Assembly (NCBI GenBank): GCA_004563595.2
Contig: CP042461.1
Location: 600,001-632,000, forward strand
Reading direction: 5' to 3'
DNA length: 32,000 nucleotides
Source: Candidatus Saccharimonadota bacterium
GTDB taxonomy: Bacteria; Patescibacteriota; Gracilibacteria; BD1-5; UBA6164
Shown here: positions 11,103 through 23,069 of the stretch, one piece after another
Position numbering within the stretch: position 1 is the stretch's first letter
Layout of the letters: the number at the start of each line of letters is the position of its first letter
Program-made: the position numbers and the translations under genes
Notes under the pieces: model-generated
What the model saw: only the letters and a program-made list of their open reading frames with translations
Told to the model about the DNA's origin: nothing
Databases searched by the model: none

Positions 11103-11476
11103 ATGATTGATACAAGGAACTCTGAATATTTACCAAATATATGATCACCTGAAACATCTAGTGATTTTCATGATTTAAAAAAAGAAATTACACAAAAAGC
11201 ACTCATTAATGATAGAGTTATTGAGATGATTAGAGTCTGAAAATATGAAATTATTTTTGATGACCAGGATAAAGCGAATGTGACAATGCATTTCAAGGAA
11301 AAAAGTACTATACAAATATTGAAATTATTAAATAATATAATTGAAAAACAAAAATTTATACTTGAATGTGATATTAAAGATGCAAAATATTTAATTATTC
11401 ATCTTAAAAAATGAGATTATTGAATAATTAATATTACGTGAGCTATATTAACTGATAAAATAAAAAAACAGACTGA

Positions 11477-11480
<4 letters not shown>
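11103..11480 (+). CDS. Hypothetical protein (125 aa)
   Basis: It runs from ATG 11103, 4 nt after the previous stop, to TAG 11478-11480. The stop overlaps the folA stop on the other strand by 2 nt. Confidence 0.5.
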
Positions 11481-12001
<521 letters not shown>

Positions 12002-12080
12002 TTATCTTATTTACGTTATAACTCTTCCATTCGAAGGAAGGGAAGTGCCCAGAGGGCGATGGGTTTTTAAAAGTTTTTCC

Positions 12081-13007
12081 TTAAACAGCTACTGGAGCTC
12101 TAATAACTCCATGAGATTGATAGCCTACAACTTCAAAATCTGCCCATTCAAGATTTTCTATATCTTCCAATGTCTGAATATCTGTATGAATCTTTAACTC
12201 TGGAAGAGGGAAAGGTTCCCTTAAGAGTTGTTCATTTACTTGATCAACATGATTATTATAAATATGAGCATCTCAAAGTGTATGAGTAAAAGTTCACGGA
12301 GTCAGTCATGTGATTTTAGCTATCATGATGAGAAGGGTCGAATATGAAGCTATATTAAATGGAACTCAGAGAAACATATCTGCACTTCTTTGATAGAGTT
12401 GGAGATTGAGTCTATTATTTGTGGTATCAACATTAAATTGAAAGAAAGCATGGCATGGTGGGAGAAGCATTTTATCAAGTTGAGCTGGGTTCCAAGCAGA
12501 TACGATTATTCTTCTACTTGTTGGATTATTTTTAATTTGATCTATTATATTTTTAATTTGATCAACTCATTCAGAGTTGAAATTTCTCCATTGATGTCCA
12601 TATACAGGTCATAAATCTCACCATTTTACGACAAATGCATCATCAGATGGAAGAGATGCGATTTTTTCTATAAAAATTGATTTTTCTTCCATCCAAGCAT
12701 CAGAGTATTTTGGAAATTGTTCGGATAATCAGTTTGAATCTATATAGTTTTGAAAGGGCCACTCGTCCCAAATATGACAGTTCCTATCTACGAGATATTT
12801 GATGTTTGTTTCTCATCTGAGGAGCCAAATAAGTTCTACAATGATAATCCTCATGAAGGTCTTTTTTGTAGTTACAAGAGGGAACCCATCATCAAGGTTA
12901 TACTTAGCTTGCATACCAAAAACACCCCTGACTCCTGTCCCAGTCCTATCATCTTTTCAGATTCAGTTTTCTTTTATTTCTTTTAAGAGATCTAAGTACT
13001 GTTTCAT
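12081..13007 (-). CDS. thyA: Thymidylate synthase ThyA (308 aa)
   Basis: The translation reads [33 protein letters not shown]...[27 protein letters not shown]...[22 protein letters not shown]...GDAHIYNNH. Conserved Trp residues are TGG, while several conserved Gly are TGA. The gene is 927 nt. Track ORFs 11781-12197, 12390-12614, 12750-12986 and 12799-13023 (+) are antisense shadows. Confidence 0.95.
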
Positions 13008-13135
13008 ATTTTATATGTTTTAACGTTTAATAACTTAAATATATAAAAATTATAAGTAAAATCAAAATTATATTTTCTTTACTTTCAGTTTGAAAAGATT
13101 ATAATAATAGCTATGTCTTAACTCATTAAAAATAT

Positions 13136-14140
13136 ATGATGAATGAAGAAATGGTAACGATAGAGACTGAAATATCTGAATATCATACATCTGAAAGAAT
13201 CGAATCTATGAATGATATGATTTCTTCTTGTATATGATATGATTTATTTGTGTCCCTATTAAATACTATAAATAGATCAGCAGATACTAAGTTAAAAAAA
13301 GATATCGGTAATTGTATAAAAATATTCCAAAAGTTGATAAAAAAACAATGAATTTCAAAAAACGAAGGAATAATTTTTGAAAATATAATACTTACGACAC
13401 GTTTTTTAGAAATGTATAATAAAGAATTAAAAAAAATTATCATAAAGAATGATTGATTCAAAGTTACATGAACTTATAAGGATATTTATATAGAACTTAT
13501 TCAAATATTTTATGCATCTATCCTTCGTTGTAGGATAGAAAAAATACTTGATGTATCAGATAGTGATATTGATACTATGGTATGAGATTTTAATGATAGA
13601 ATACTGAAAATTGATGATTCATTTTATATGGTTGTAAAAAAAATCTGAGAATATAAGATCTTAGAGTGATGTGATCCAAGTAAAAATGAATGAAGAAAAT
13701 TATTGTATAATAATCAGTTTATAACATGATTTTGAAATGAGGAATTAATACATGTTTGACAAAAATATTTTTTAGTTGAAAATTTAGCTTGTTCAAAAAG
13801 TACTTGAAGGTTAGATATTTTTGATTTAAACGACAAATCAATATTACAATTAAGGGCGTGAACCAATTGTGAGCATATTAATTGTGAATTTTTTGAGGTT
13901 AATAGTATTGTATATATTGTTACTTCAAATGATAATAAAACAAATTGTTGATTATATAATTATAATGAAAACCAATATGTTTTAAATCATGTTTACTCAT
14001 TAGAAGTCGTAAACAATAACACTGGTATAGTAGCTAAATATTTTACTAGCCTTGTTCTTGATGATTTAGATAGACAGGGGCCTTGATATTTTGAAGATCT
14101 AAAAGAATCATATTCTTTATCTAAAAATTCTAAGTCATAA
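13136..14140 (+). CDS. Hypothetical protein (334 aa)
   Basis: The ORF is open under code 25 from ATG 13136 to TAA 14138-14140 (1005 nt) with many in-frame TGAs. No motif recognised. Track ORF 13183-13461(-) is a shadow. Confidence 0.55.
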
Positions 14141-14172
14141 AAACTCTATAATACAAAAAGAGAGTTTTTTTC
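14141..14172 (+). terminator. Rho-independent terminator
   Basis: The sequence is aaactct...agagttttttt, immediately after the stop codon. Confidence 0.6.
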
Positions 14173-14245
14173 ATATTTTCTTTTGCAAAAAAGACTCTTT
14201 TTTATACAATTATTCTGCTTAATTTAATATATCCAAACTAGATAC

Positions 14246-16129
<1,884 letters not shown>

Positions 16130-16146
16130 ATTTTAATATAATTATT

Positions 16147-16776
16147 ATGCATGAAATAGTAAACTATATTGTTACGTTTGTTTCTGATATGTGATATGGA
16201 GGAATTTTTATTATGATGGTTATAGAATCATCATTTTTCCCATTCCCAAGCGAGGTTGCGATGATTCCAGCATGATATCTTGCAAGTATTTGAAAAATGA
16301 ACTTCTTTCTTGCATTTTGCTTTTGAACTTTTTGAGCTCTAATATGAGCAAGTATCAATTATTTTCTTTGAAGATATTTATGAGCAAGAATTGTTAAAAC
16401 ACTTATCCGTAAATATGGGAAATATATATTTATATCAGAAAGACATTACCTTGTTTCAGAAAAATATTTTAAAAACCATTGATCGATTACTACTTTTCTA
16501 GCGAGATTTATTCCTGCTGTTCGACAGCTTATTAGTCTTCCTGCATGAATTTTTAAAATGAATTATCTTAAATTTCTTTTTTACACATGAGTTTGAGCTT
16601 CAATTTGGAATCTTATATTGATGTATATAGGTTATATTGCATGAGAAAACAGAGAACTCATAGCAGAATATTCTAGGGAAGCACTTATATGAGTTATAAT
16701 TTTAATTTGTATGATTTGATTTATATATTATCAAATCAATTGTGCTTTTGAAGAAAAAACTGAAAACGAAAAATAA
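16147..16776 (+). CDS. DedA-family membrane protein (209 aa)
   Basis: The translation reads [39 protein letters not shown]...LGRYLGARIV...FLARFIPAVRQLISLPAGI. This matches the DedA/SNARE-associated pattern (E-x-P-xP-E-h and F-h-P-h-R). Confidence 0.8.
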
Positions 16777-16800
16777 TTTTAATTTTTTTACTATTTAGGA

Positions 16801-17442
16801 GTGGATAATAAAAAAAGATCGATCTTTATATGAGATATACAATGATGTTATGATGAACTAAAACTTCTACTTGTTAAGTTAGAACTTAGTTCTATTGATA
16901 AAGTTTATTTCGTATGAGACCTCATTAATAAATGACCAAAAAGTTGGAAAGTACTAAAATTAATCTATAAAAATAGAAAACAATTTTACTCTGTGTTATG
17001 AAATCATGAAGTAAATTTTTTGAGATGGCTAGATTCGGGGTTATATGATTGAGATATAAGTTGATTTAAGAAATTAAAAGAAAAACTAGAAGAAAATCCT
17101 GAAGTATTAGATTATTTAAGAACCCTTCCCTTATATATAGAAAAAAAGCACTTTATACTTCTTCACTGAGGTCTTATCCCTGGAAAGGATATTGATGATC
17201 ATAGTATAGATGAGATCACACGTATACGTGAATTAGATGGAAAAGCCTGGTATGACTATTATAAATGAGAAAAAAAGGTGATTTATGGCCATTGGGCTGT
17301 TGAATGATTAAGGTTGAGAGAAAATACCATATGACTTGATACTTGATGTGTATATGGAAAAGCTTTAACCGCTTATATACTTGAAACCTGAGAGATTATC
17401 CAACAACAAGCATTGGATGTATATGTTAACGTTTATAAATAA
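16801..17442 (+). CDS. Calcineurin-like metallophosphoesterase (ApaH/PrpE-type diadenosine tetraphosphatase or Ser/Thr phosphatase), 213 aa
   Basis: The motifs are IFIGDIQGCYDELKLLL, VYFVGDLINKGP, LGNHE, LLHGG and IYGHW. The start is assigned to GTG at 16801, the first start codon after an in-frame TAA. There is no spacer to the nearby AGGA, so the start is uncertain. Confidence 0.75.
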
Positions 17443-17443
17443 G

Positions 17444-18868
17444 ATGTTAATTTCAGAATTAAAAAATCAAAAAATTGCTATTATTGGATTTGGAAAAGAA
17501 GGGAAGTCTACACTTGATTTTCTTTTAAAGGTATGAGTTCCGAGTGGTAATATTACTATACTAGACCAAGCTTGACCATTGGCTCCTATTTTACAAGAAA
17601 GAGGGATTACAGGTATTAATACGGTTACTGGAAAATCGTACCTTGATAACTTATGTGATTTCGATGCTATATTTAAAAGTCCTTGAGTATCTCCTTACCA
17701 TGAAAAGATAGCCCCTGTTAGAAAAAAACTTCTTTCATGAGCACAGTTATTCTTTGATAACTATGATTGAAAAGTTATTGGTGTTACTGGCACAAAAGGG
17801 AAGTCTACAATAGCAACCTTGATTTATAAAACATTAATAGAAGCATGATATGATGTAAAACTTGTTGGTAATATTGGAAACCCCGTCTTAGACGAAGTTG
17901 ATCTTATCAAATGAGAAAAACATGATTATATAGTATATGAGTTATCAAGCTATATGCTTGATACGTTAAAACCAAAATGTTTCATAGGTATTTTATCAAA
18001 TCTATATCCATGTCACCTTACTTGGCATAATAATGATTTTGATATTTACAAAGAAGCGAAGCTTAATTTATTGAAGGGTTCTGAGAGAATCCTCATAGAG
18101 TATGATTTTAATGAACTTATGAGTTGAATTGCTCCAGATCAGTCATTATATACTTTTTGATGAGGGGGAAAGTACACATATGAAGATCATAAGTTTTATA
18201 ATCTTTGAGAGGAACTTTTCACTGATAATAGGGTGTTATTAAAATGAGAGCATAATAAGAAAAATATTTGTGCTGTAATCTGAGTATGAAGATTGATCAA
18301 AAAATATACTGATGATTCAGACGAAAAATTTGAAGTATATATTCAGTCTTTACAAAAAGTATTATCAAAGTTTTCAGGTTTACCACATAGATTAGAAAAT
18401 ATTTGAACATACCATGATGTCACCTTTATAGATGATGGTATTTCTACAACTCCTGAGAGTACTATTGAGGCTATTAAGACTTTTTGATATAAAATATGAA
18501 CTCTTTTTCTTGGATGAGCAGACTATTGATTCACAAAAGCTTCGTACTGACTTCTCAAAGATAGCATTATAGAGCATCATATTAGGAATATTGTTCTATT
18601 TCCTGATACATGAAACGATGTTTTCTGAGATATTTCAAGAAATATTAAGCTATGAGAGCAAAAAGTGGTAACAATAGAGGGCATAGAACTTCTTTTATTG
18701 AAAACTAAAAGTATGAAAGATGCTGTAGATTTTGCGTATATAAACACTGAAAAATGAAAAACCTGCCTTATGTCTTCGGCAGCTCCAAGCTATAGTTTAT
18801 GGAAAGGCTATATAGAAAAGGGAAGAGAATATAAATCTGAGATTATCAAATACACTCCTAAGTCATAA
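17444..18868 (+). CDS. murD: UDP-N-acetylmuramoylalanine--D-glutamate ligase MurD (474 aa)
   Basis: The motifs are KIAIIGFGKEGKS (N-terminal Rossmann), KSPGVSP, VIGVTGTKGKSTIATLIY (P-loop), GNIGNP, GLPHRLE and DDGISTTPEST. The gene is 1425 nt and its start lies 1 nt after the preceding stop. Confidence 0.85.
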
Positions 18869-18895
18869 AGGAGTGTTTTTATTTCCTCTCTATAA

Positions 18896-18923
18896 TTGAC
18901 ATTATCATATAAAAATCTATAAT
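18896..18923 (+). promoter_or_regulatory. Consensus sigma-70 promoter
   Basis: TTGACA (18896-18901), a 16-nt spacer, then TATAAT (18918-18923), about 65 nt upstream of the ATG at 18990. Confidence 0.65.
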
Positions 18924-18989
18924 ATATTCACGCTCTAAATTCGAGCACACCTTTAACATAAAATGTTTTACAAAATACTGGAGATTGAT

Positions 18990-20501
18990 ATGAGTGATGC
19001 AACATTGGAAGGAAAAGAAAACAAGGTATTGAAGCTTGATTTACCTGAAGTAAAAGATGTTGATTTACAAAAGCTTGATCAGGGGCAAATTAGCCTTGAT
19101 AAAGAAGATAAAATTAATTCTGATAATGAAGTTAATCTTGAGCCTGAGAAAAGTGAACTTGAGATTAAGCGAGATACTGCTTTGTCTCAAGAAAAACCAA
19201 GCTTTCCGCATGGGTTTTCTGTTCCGGAACAGATGGAGTCAGAATATGATTCATCTCGAGAATTATTGGAGTTTAAGTATGATCCGGAAGATGAGAAAGG
19301 TTTTGAAGAAAAAATAGAATCATTTACTGCTGCTTATATAGTATTAGATGATGCCGCAACTTTAGTAAATAAGCATAAGAAGCTTTTAACAAGGAGATTT
19401 TCTCAATTAGTTGAAAAAGTAGCTATTTCTTCAGATTATAATGAAGATTATGATGCTGCAAAACTAGAATTTTTAGCTTTTTTGTTTCCATCTGATTCTA
19501 ATTCTTCTGAAGGTAGTCTTGAAAAACTGTCTGATGAAGAAAGTGAAGAAAAATGTAAAACTCTTATTGAAGAACTTGATCGTGCTTTTAAAGAAAAAGA
19601 AACTGCAATAAAGAGGGAGAATGCACCATTCAAAGCTATCTATAAATTTAGTTCTGAATTTAAGGAAGCTATTGAAGGAGTTACTCAGAAGCTTACAGGG
19701 GATCTTAAAGCTACACAGGAAAATATATCTAAACGGATTTCTAACCTTACGTATGGTATGATAGGTTTTGGAGTTATTTTTGGTTTAATAATCCTTTGGT
19801 TAGTTATTGTAAATAATCAGATATCTAAATTAAATAAAGATATGGAATCTGTTGAAAATTCTAACATTAACTTTGAAAGTGAAATTACTGAGGCTAAAAA
19901 TAATGCAATTTCTGAAATGAAGAAAGTTGGAACAGCTGAAGCTACTAAGTTTGTAACTGATGTTGTGACTCCAAATACTAACGCTTTTAATAAATTAGGA
20001 GTAGATAAGACTACAGCTTTAAACGAAGCTGTTACTAAGACTGTAAGTGTAGCTAATGGAGAGTTAACAGCATTAGTAACTGAAGCAAAAGAATTTTCTG
20101 TTGTAGCAGGATCATCAGCGTCTGAAGCTAAACAGTCAGCTATAGATGCTACTGCCTCAGCTGGAAGTTCTGAATTAGCAGCAAAAAGTGTTGCAGGAAT
20201 AGTTGATGAAGCTCTATTAAACTCTTTAGGAGATTATAAGAAATTAATTGATGAAGATGGTAATATAATACCAGTAATTGAACTTGTTTTAAAAGCTGGT
20301 AATGTTGCTGAAACTGCATTAAAAAAAGCGACTTTTTCTCAAGTTCGCCTTAACCAGACTGATGATATAATGTCGGCTATACTTACACAAGTATGTTCAA
20401 AAGGGGACTCAACAAAAGCAAAAGTATTAAGAGCGCTTACTTTTGAAATTGGTGACGCATGTAAATTAACCACGAGAGAAATTGATACAAGTACATTGTA
20501 A
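18990..20501 (+). CDS. Single-pass membrane protein with an acidic coiled-coil N-terminus and an Ala/Ser/Thr-rich C-terminus (503 aa); contains no TGA codon
   Basis: The ORF is uninterrupted even in the standard code. I prefer the ATG at 18990 (GGAG at 18980-18983) over the track start at 18963. There is one TM helix (MIGFGVIFGLIILWLVIV). All 22 Gly codons are GGN. The gene has its own consensus promoter and a strong terminator. Confidence 0.8.
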   Translation: MSDATLEGKENKVLKLDLPEVKDVDLQKLDQGQISLDKEDKINSDNEVNLEPEKSELEIKRDTALSQEKPSFPHGFSVPEQMESEYDSSRELLEFKYDPEDEKGFEEKIESFTAAYIVLDDAATLVNKHKKLLTRRFSQLVEKVAISSDYNEDYDAAKLEFLAFLFPSDSNSSEGSLEKLSDEESEEKCKTLIEELDRAFKEKETAIKRENAPFKAIYKFSSEFKEAIEGVTQKLTGDLKATQENISKRISNLTYGMIGFGVIFGLIILWLVIVNNQISKLNKDMESVENSNINFESEITEAKNNAISEMKKVGTAEATKFVTDVVTPNTNAFNKLGVDKTTALNEAVTKTVSVANGELTALVTEAKEFSVVAGSSASEAKQSAIDATASAGSSELAAKSVAGIVDEALLNSLGDYKKLIDEDGNIIPVIELVLKAGNVAETALKKATFSQVRLNQTDDIMSAILTQVCSKGDSTKAKVLRALTFEIGDACKLTTREIDTSTL

Positions 20502-20528
20502 TTTGTATTTAATTACTTTCATAATAGG

Positions 20529-20559
20529 GAAGACCTAGCATTACGCTAGGTCTTTTTTC
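20529..20559 (+). terminator. Rho-independent terminator
   Basis: The stem agacctagc (20531-20539) pairs with gctaggtct (20545-20553) and is followed by a T-run. Confidence 0.85.
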
Positions 20560-20628
20560 ATGTCTAAAATTTGCATTTTTTTAATAAGTAAGTTAAAATT
20601 ATTACATATATTTAATAATTCTAATAAT

Positions 20629-21297
20629 ATGTCAATTGAATGAGGATTAGATTTTACAGAAGCAAGGAATGAAAATAAGTCCTTAGCTGAAATTAGAACC
20701 GAAACTAAAAATAAATCTACTCAACTTAAATCAGATATTAGTAAAGATATTATATCTAAACTAAATAGTAATGAAGGATTAGAAATAAAACAATGAGATA
20801 GTTTGGGATATATTAGTGCATTAACTTTAAAAGGGAATAGTATCAAATGGGATACTCCAGGGAATGCTGATTCTATCTGGCCTGGTGATAAAATTAAAAT
20901 TATTGGAAAAAATGTATTTAGGGATTCAAAATACAATAAAACAGATGAAATGGTTAAGGTTTGAGAGGTAATAAATGGTTATACAAAGATAGAAAAATCA
21001 GAGATAACAGCAGAGGTGTTAGAAGAATTTACACCTTTTGATATTAAGGTTTACTCTGACGATCAAATTCAAACGTTGTCTAGTAAAGTATCGAGTATAA
21101 TTAGTAATGCTCATATTAATAATGAATGATATATTGTTGCTGCTAATTGAAAATACGAAATAACAAATATCGTTTCCAATAAGAATGGTAGCGAAGATAT
21201 ATCGGATACATTGGGGGTAATATTTATTGTTAATTGAAAACATAATTATATATCATTTATAAAACAAAATGTTATTGAAATAACAGAAGAAAAATAA
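20629..21297 (+). CDS. LysM-like domain protein (222 aa)
   Basis: Code-25 ORF of 669 nt. The segment LEIKQGDSLGYISALTLKGNSIKWDTPGNADSIWPGDKIKIIG resembles a LysM repeat (xGDSL..IA...I.PGxKIKI). The rest is unassigned. Confidence 0.5.
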
Positions 21298-21330
21298 GTC
21301 CTTATAGATAACTATAGGGACTTATTTTAT
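21295..21330 (+). terminator. Rho-independent terminator
   Basis: The stem aagtccttatag pairs with ctatagggactt (one G.U pair) and is followed by attttat. Confidence 0.6.
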
Positions 21331-21350
21331 AATATGGTTAGAAAAACCCA

Positions 21351-21382
21351 GTACTTAACATAATATAACTTATGTTAAGTAC
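21351..21382. other. dif-like Xer recombination site (perfect 13-6-13 palindrome)
   Basis: The sequence is gtACTTAACATAA-TATAAC-TTATGTTAAGTac. The right arm TTATGTTAAGT matches the E. coli XerD arm TTATGTTAAAT at 10 of 11 positions. The left arm ends in CATAA, like the XerC arm. The outline ACTT...AAGT resembles the B. subtilis dif site (ACTTCCTAGAATATATATTATGTAAACT). Confidence 0.6.
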
Positions 21383-21519
21383 ATCTTAACCAATTAAAGG
21401 GATAAGTTGTACTCTCACAAATTACATTAATCACATAAAAATATGTGTTTTAAGATTTTTTAAGCCATTACTGGCTGAAATGCTCATTTTTGTACTTTCA
21501 ATGTATATACACTGCAAAC

Positions 21520-21798
21520 TTAGCTTTTTCAGTATCTCTTGGCTTTTCAATCCAGAAAATCCTTATAAGCTGTTTTTGTAATTTTAACTCAAAACATGTT
21601 TCTAATAATATCATATTTTTCTGAGTTATTTGGGCTTATCGGAATTTGTCAGTATTGTTTTTCAAAATCTTTAATATAATTCCACATAAATCATTCAATC
21701 ACACTTGTCATTTCAAGTGGTCAAATTGACACATGGAATTTTTCTTTTAACATTTGTGTGGTACGCAAATTTATAGTTGCGGATTTATATATTTTCAT
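21520..21798 (-). CDS. Hypothetical small protein (92 aa), possibly a DNA-binding regulator
   Basis: It runs from ATG at 21796-21798 to TAA at 21520-21522 (279 nt) and contains 7 in-frame TGAs. The N-terminus MKIYKSATINLRTTQMLKEKF has a strand-then-helix pattern that loosely resembles ribbon-helix-helix proteins. It is transcribed divergently from the 22023 gene. Confidence 0.4.
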
Positions 21799-21964
21799 AC
21801 ACAAAAGCTATATAATAAAGTCGGATTATGTTAAGGATCGGACCTACTATGATTTAAAAATCATTTAGGATACATATAAATTATATTCAGATTATATTTA
21901 AGTCAAATGTTTTTTAAATGGATTATAGGATAAAAATGAGATTTTCCCTATTTAAAGGGATTTG

Positions 21965-21993
21965 TTGACAACATTAAAATAGAATGATATAAT
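21965..21993 (+). promoter_or_regulatory. Perfect consensus sigma-70 promoter
   Basis: TTGACA (21965-21970), a 17-nt spacer, then TATAAT (21988-21993). AAGGAGG and the ATG at 22023 follow. Confidence 0.7.
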
Positions 21994-22022
21994 ATTATTC
22001 TTAATATATAAGGAGGATAATT

Positions 22023-22244
22023 ATGGATTGAAAAGTATTTTTAGATGCAATTATTGCTATGGCAGGTGCATATTTCTTGTTTTTTTGAATATGGTTAATT
22101 TTTACGACAACAGTAGTGTTCTTTACTATAAGATTTTGGAAATTTATGTTTAATATTAAAGATCAAGTGGTAGTTCATGATTATGTGATATATCAAAAAA
22201 TGAAGAATAATACGATAAAAGATATGAGAGGAATAGTGGAATAA
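22023..22244 (+). CDS. Small membrane protein (73 aa)
   Basis: A strong RBS (aaggagg) precedes it. The translation is MDGKVFLDAIIAMAGAYFLFFGIWLIFTTTVVFFTIRFW, i.e. two hydrophobic helices. The stop is TAA at 22242-22244. Confidence 0.6.
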
Positions 22245-22257
22245 ATAAAGAATGAAT

Positions 22258-22470
22258 AAGAGGGAGAGGAAGGAAAATGGTCCTTCTCTCCCTCAATAGA
22301 GAATTTTATTGAGTTTTGGGTCGGTACAAATTTAAATCAAATATTCCCTACGGGCTACCCTTTAATTTAAATTATGACCTAAAGAAGAAGACTTCCCTCT
22401 TTCTTCGCTACGCTACGAAATAAATTGAAGAATAAAAAACTAGCCCCGTAAAGCGTGGGGCTAGTTTTTT
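22258..22470 (+). ncRNA. Candidate structured non-coding RNA (about 210 nt) ending in a strong terminator; family unknown
   Basis: No ORF longer than 15 codons exists on either strand under code 25. Stem-loops follow one another: gagggagaggaagga/tccttctctccctc (22260-22294); ctcaata/tattgag (22293-22314); ggtc...aatttaaat // atttaaatt..gacc (22319-22379) enclosing ccctacgggctaccc; and gaagaag/tttcttc. The terminator is ctagcccc/ggggctag plus a T-run (22440-22470). The strand is inferred from the T-run, but an A-run on the other side leaves it ambiguous. Confidence 0.35.
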
Positions 22471-22505
22471 ATATAAATTCTTTTCGGAATATTTATCTAT
22501 GCTAT

Positions 22506-22534
22506 TTGACTTTAAATATTTTGTAATGTATAAT
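22506..22534 (+). promoter_or_regulatory. Near-perfect consensus sigma-70 promoter
   Basis: TTGACT (22506-22511), a 17-nt spacer, then TATAAT (22529-22534), 58 nt upstream of the ATG at 22593. Confidence 0.7.
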
Positions 22535-22592
22535 TAAGGTGTTAGTCTTAGTTGATTAACTACCACAACCACAAGTTACGGGAAACAGTATT

Positions 22593-22973
22593 ATGAATAG
22601 TGCACAAGTTTTTGATATTTTACGTTCTCAAATGATCTCTTTTTCTTTGAATGAAGATGCATCAATTTCTGTTGGTGATCTGAGTAACATATATAATATT
22701 TATTGGATTGAACCTACTGATACTAGTGAAAAAAATAAAGCACGAATGATGCTTAATTCAAAGAATAATAATATTACTATATTTGAAGAAAAGGGAGTAA
22801 GTAGTGATGATGTAAAAGAATATGTTGTTTTAACAAACCGTATTCGAACTTTCCTTAAACTTGAGAAATATGCTGATTTAATTGACTATATTGAGTCAAG
22901 TGATTTGATTTTCTTTGTGGATGAAGTTTCTATTGAGTTGCTTAAAACTGAGATGAATAAAGTCAACGATTAA
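22593..22973 (+). CDS. Hypothetical acidic protein (126 aa)
   Basis: The ORF is uninterrupted and has no TGA. It has its own promoter and terminator. No motif recognised. Confidence 0.6.
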   Translation: MNSAQVFDILRSQMISFSLNEDASISVGDLSNIYNIYWIEPTDTSEKNKARMMLNSKNNNITIFEEKGVSSDDVKEYVVLTNRIRTFLKLEKYADLIDYIESSDLIFFVDEVSIELLKTEMNKVND

Positions 22974-22994
22974 GTATATCTCATAGTTCCTTGT

Positions 22995-23031
22995 ATCACC
23001 CTGACACATAAGTGTTAGGGTGATTTTATTT
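22995..23031 (+). terminator. Rho-independent terminator
   Basis: The stem atcaccctgacac pairs with gtgttagggtgat (one wobble) and is followed by ttttatttt. Confidence 0.8.
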
Positions 23032-23039
23032 TATAAAAA

Positions 23040-23069
23040 AAACTCTGACGGTAAACCGCAGAGATATTT
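23040..23069 (-). terminator. Rho-independent terminator for the minus-strand phage operon
   Basis: On the minus strand the sequence is tctctgcggtttaccgtcagag followed by tttttttt, immediately after the stop at 23070-23072. Confidence 0.7.

Noticed and set aside
19057-19633. Nested ORFs (19057-19317 on the plus strand, 19448-19633 on the minus strand) lie inside the 503-aa gene.
   Set aside because: They are alternative-frame or antisense ORFs fully contained in a longer gene that has a promoter, RBS and terminator. Nothing supports them independently.
22258-22470. The structured segment could be tmRNA, tRNA, RNase P RNA, SRP RNA or a CRISPR remnant.
   Set aside because: It has no tRNA-like acceptor/T-arm (GGTTCGAATCC-type) and no tag-peptide reading frame. 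It also lacks SRP or RNase P conserved boxes and repeat-spacer periodicity. It is kept only as an unclassified ncRNA candidate.
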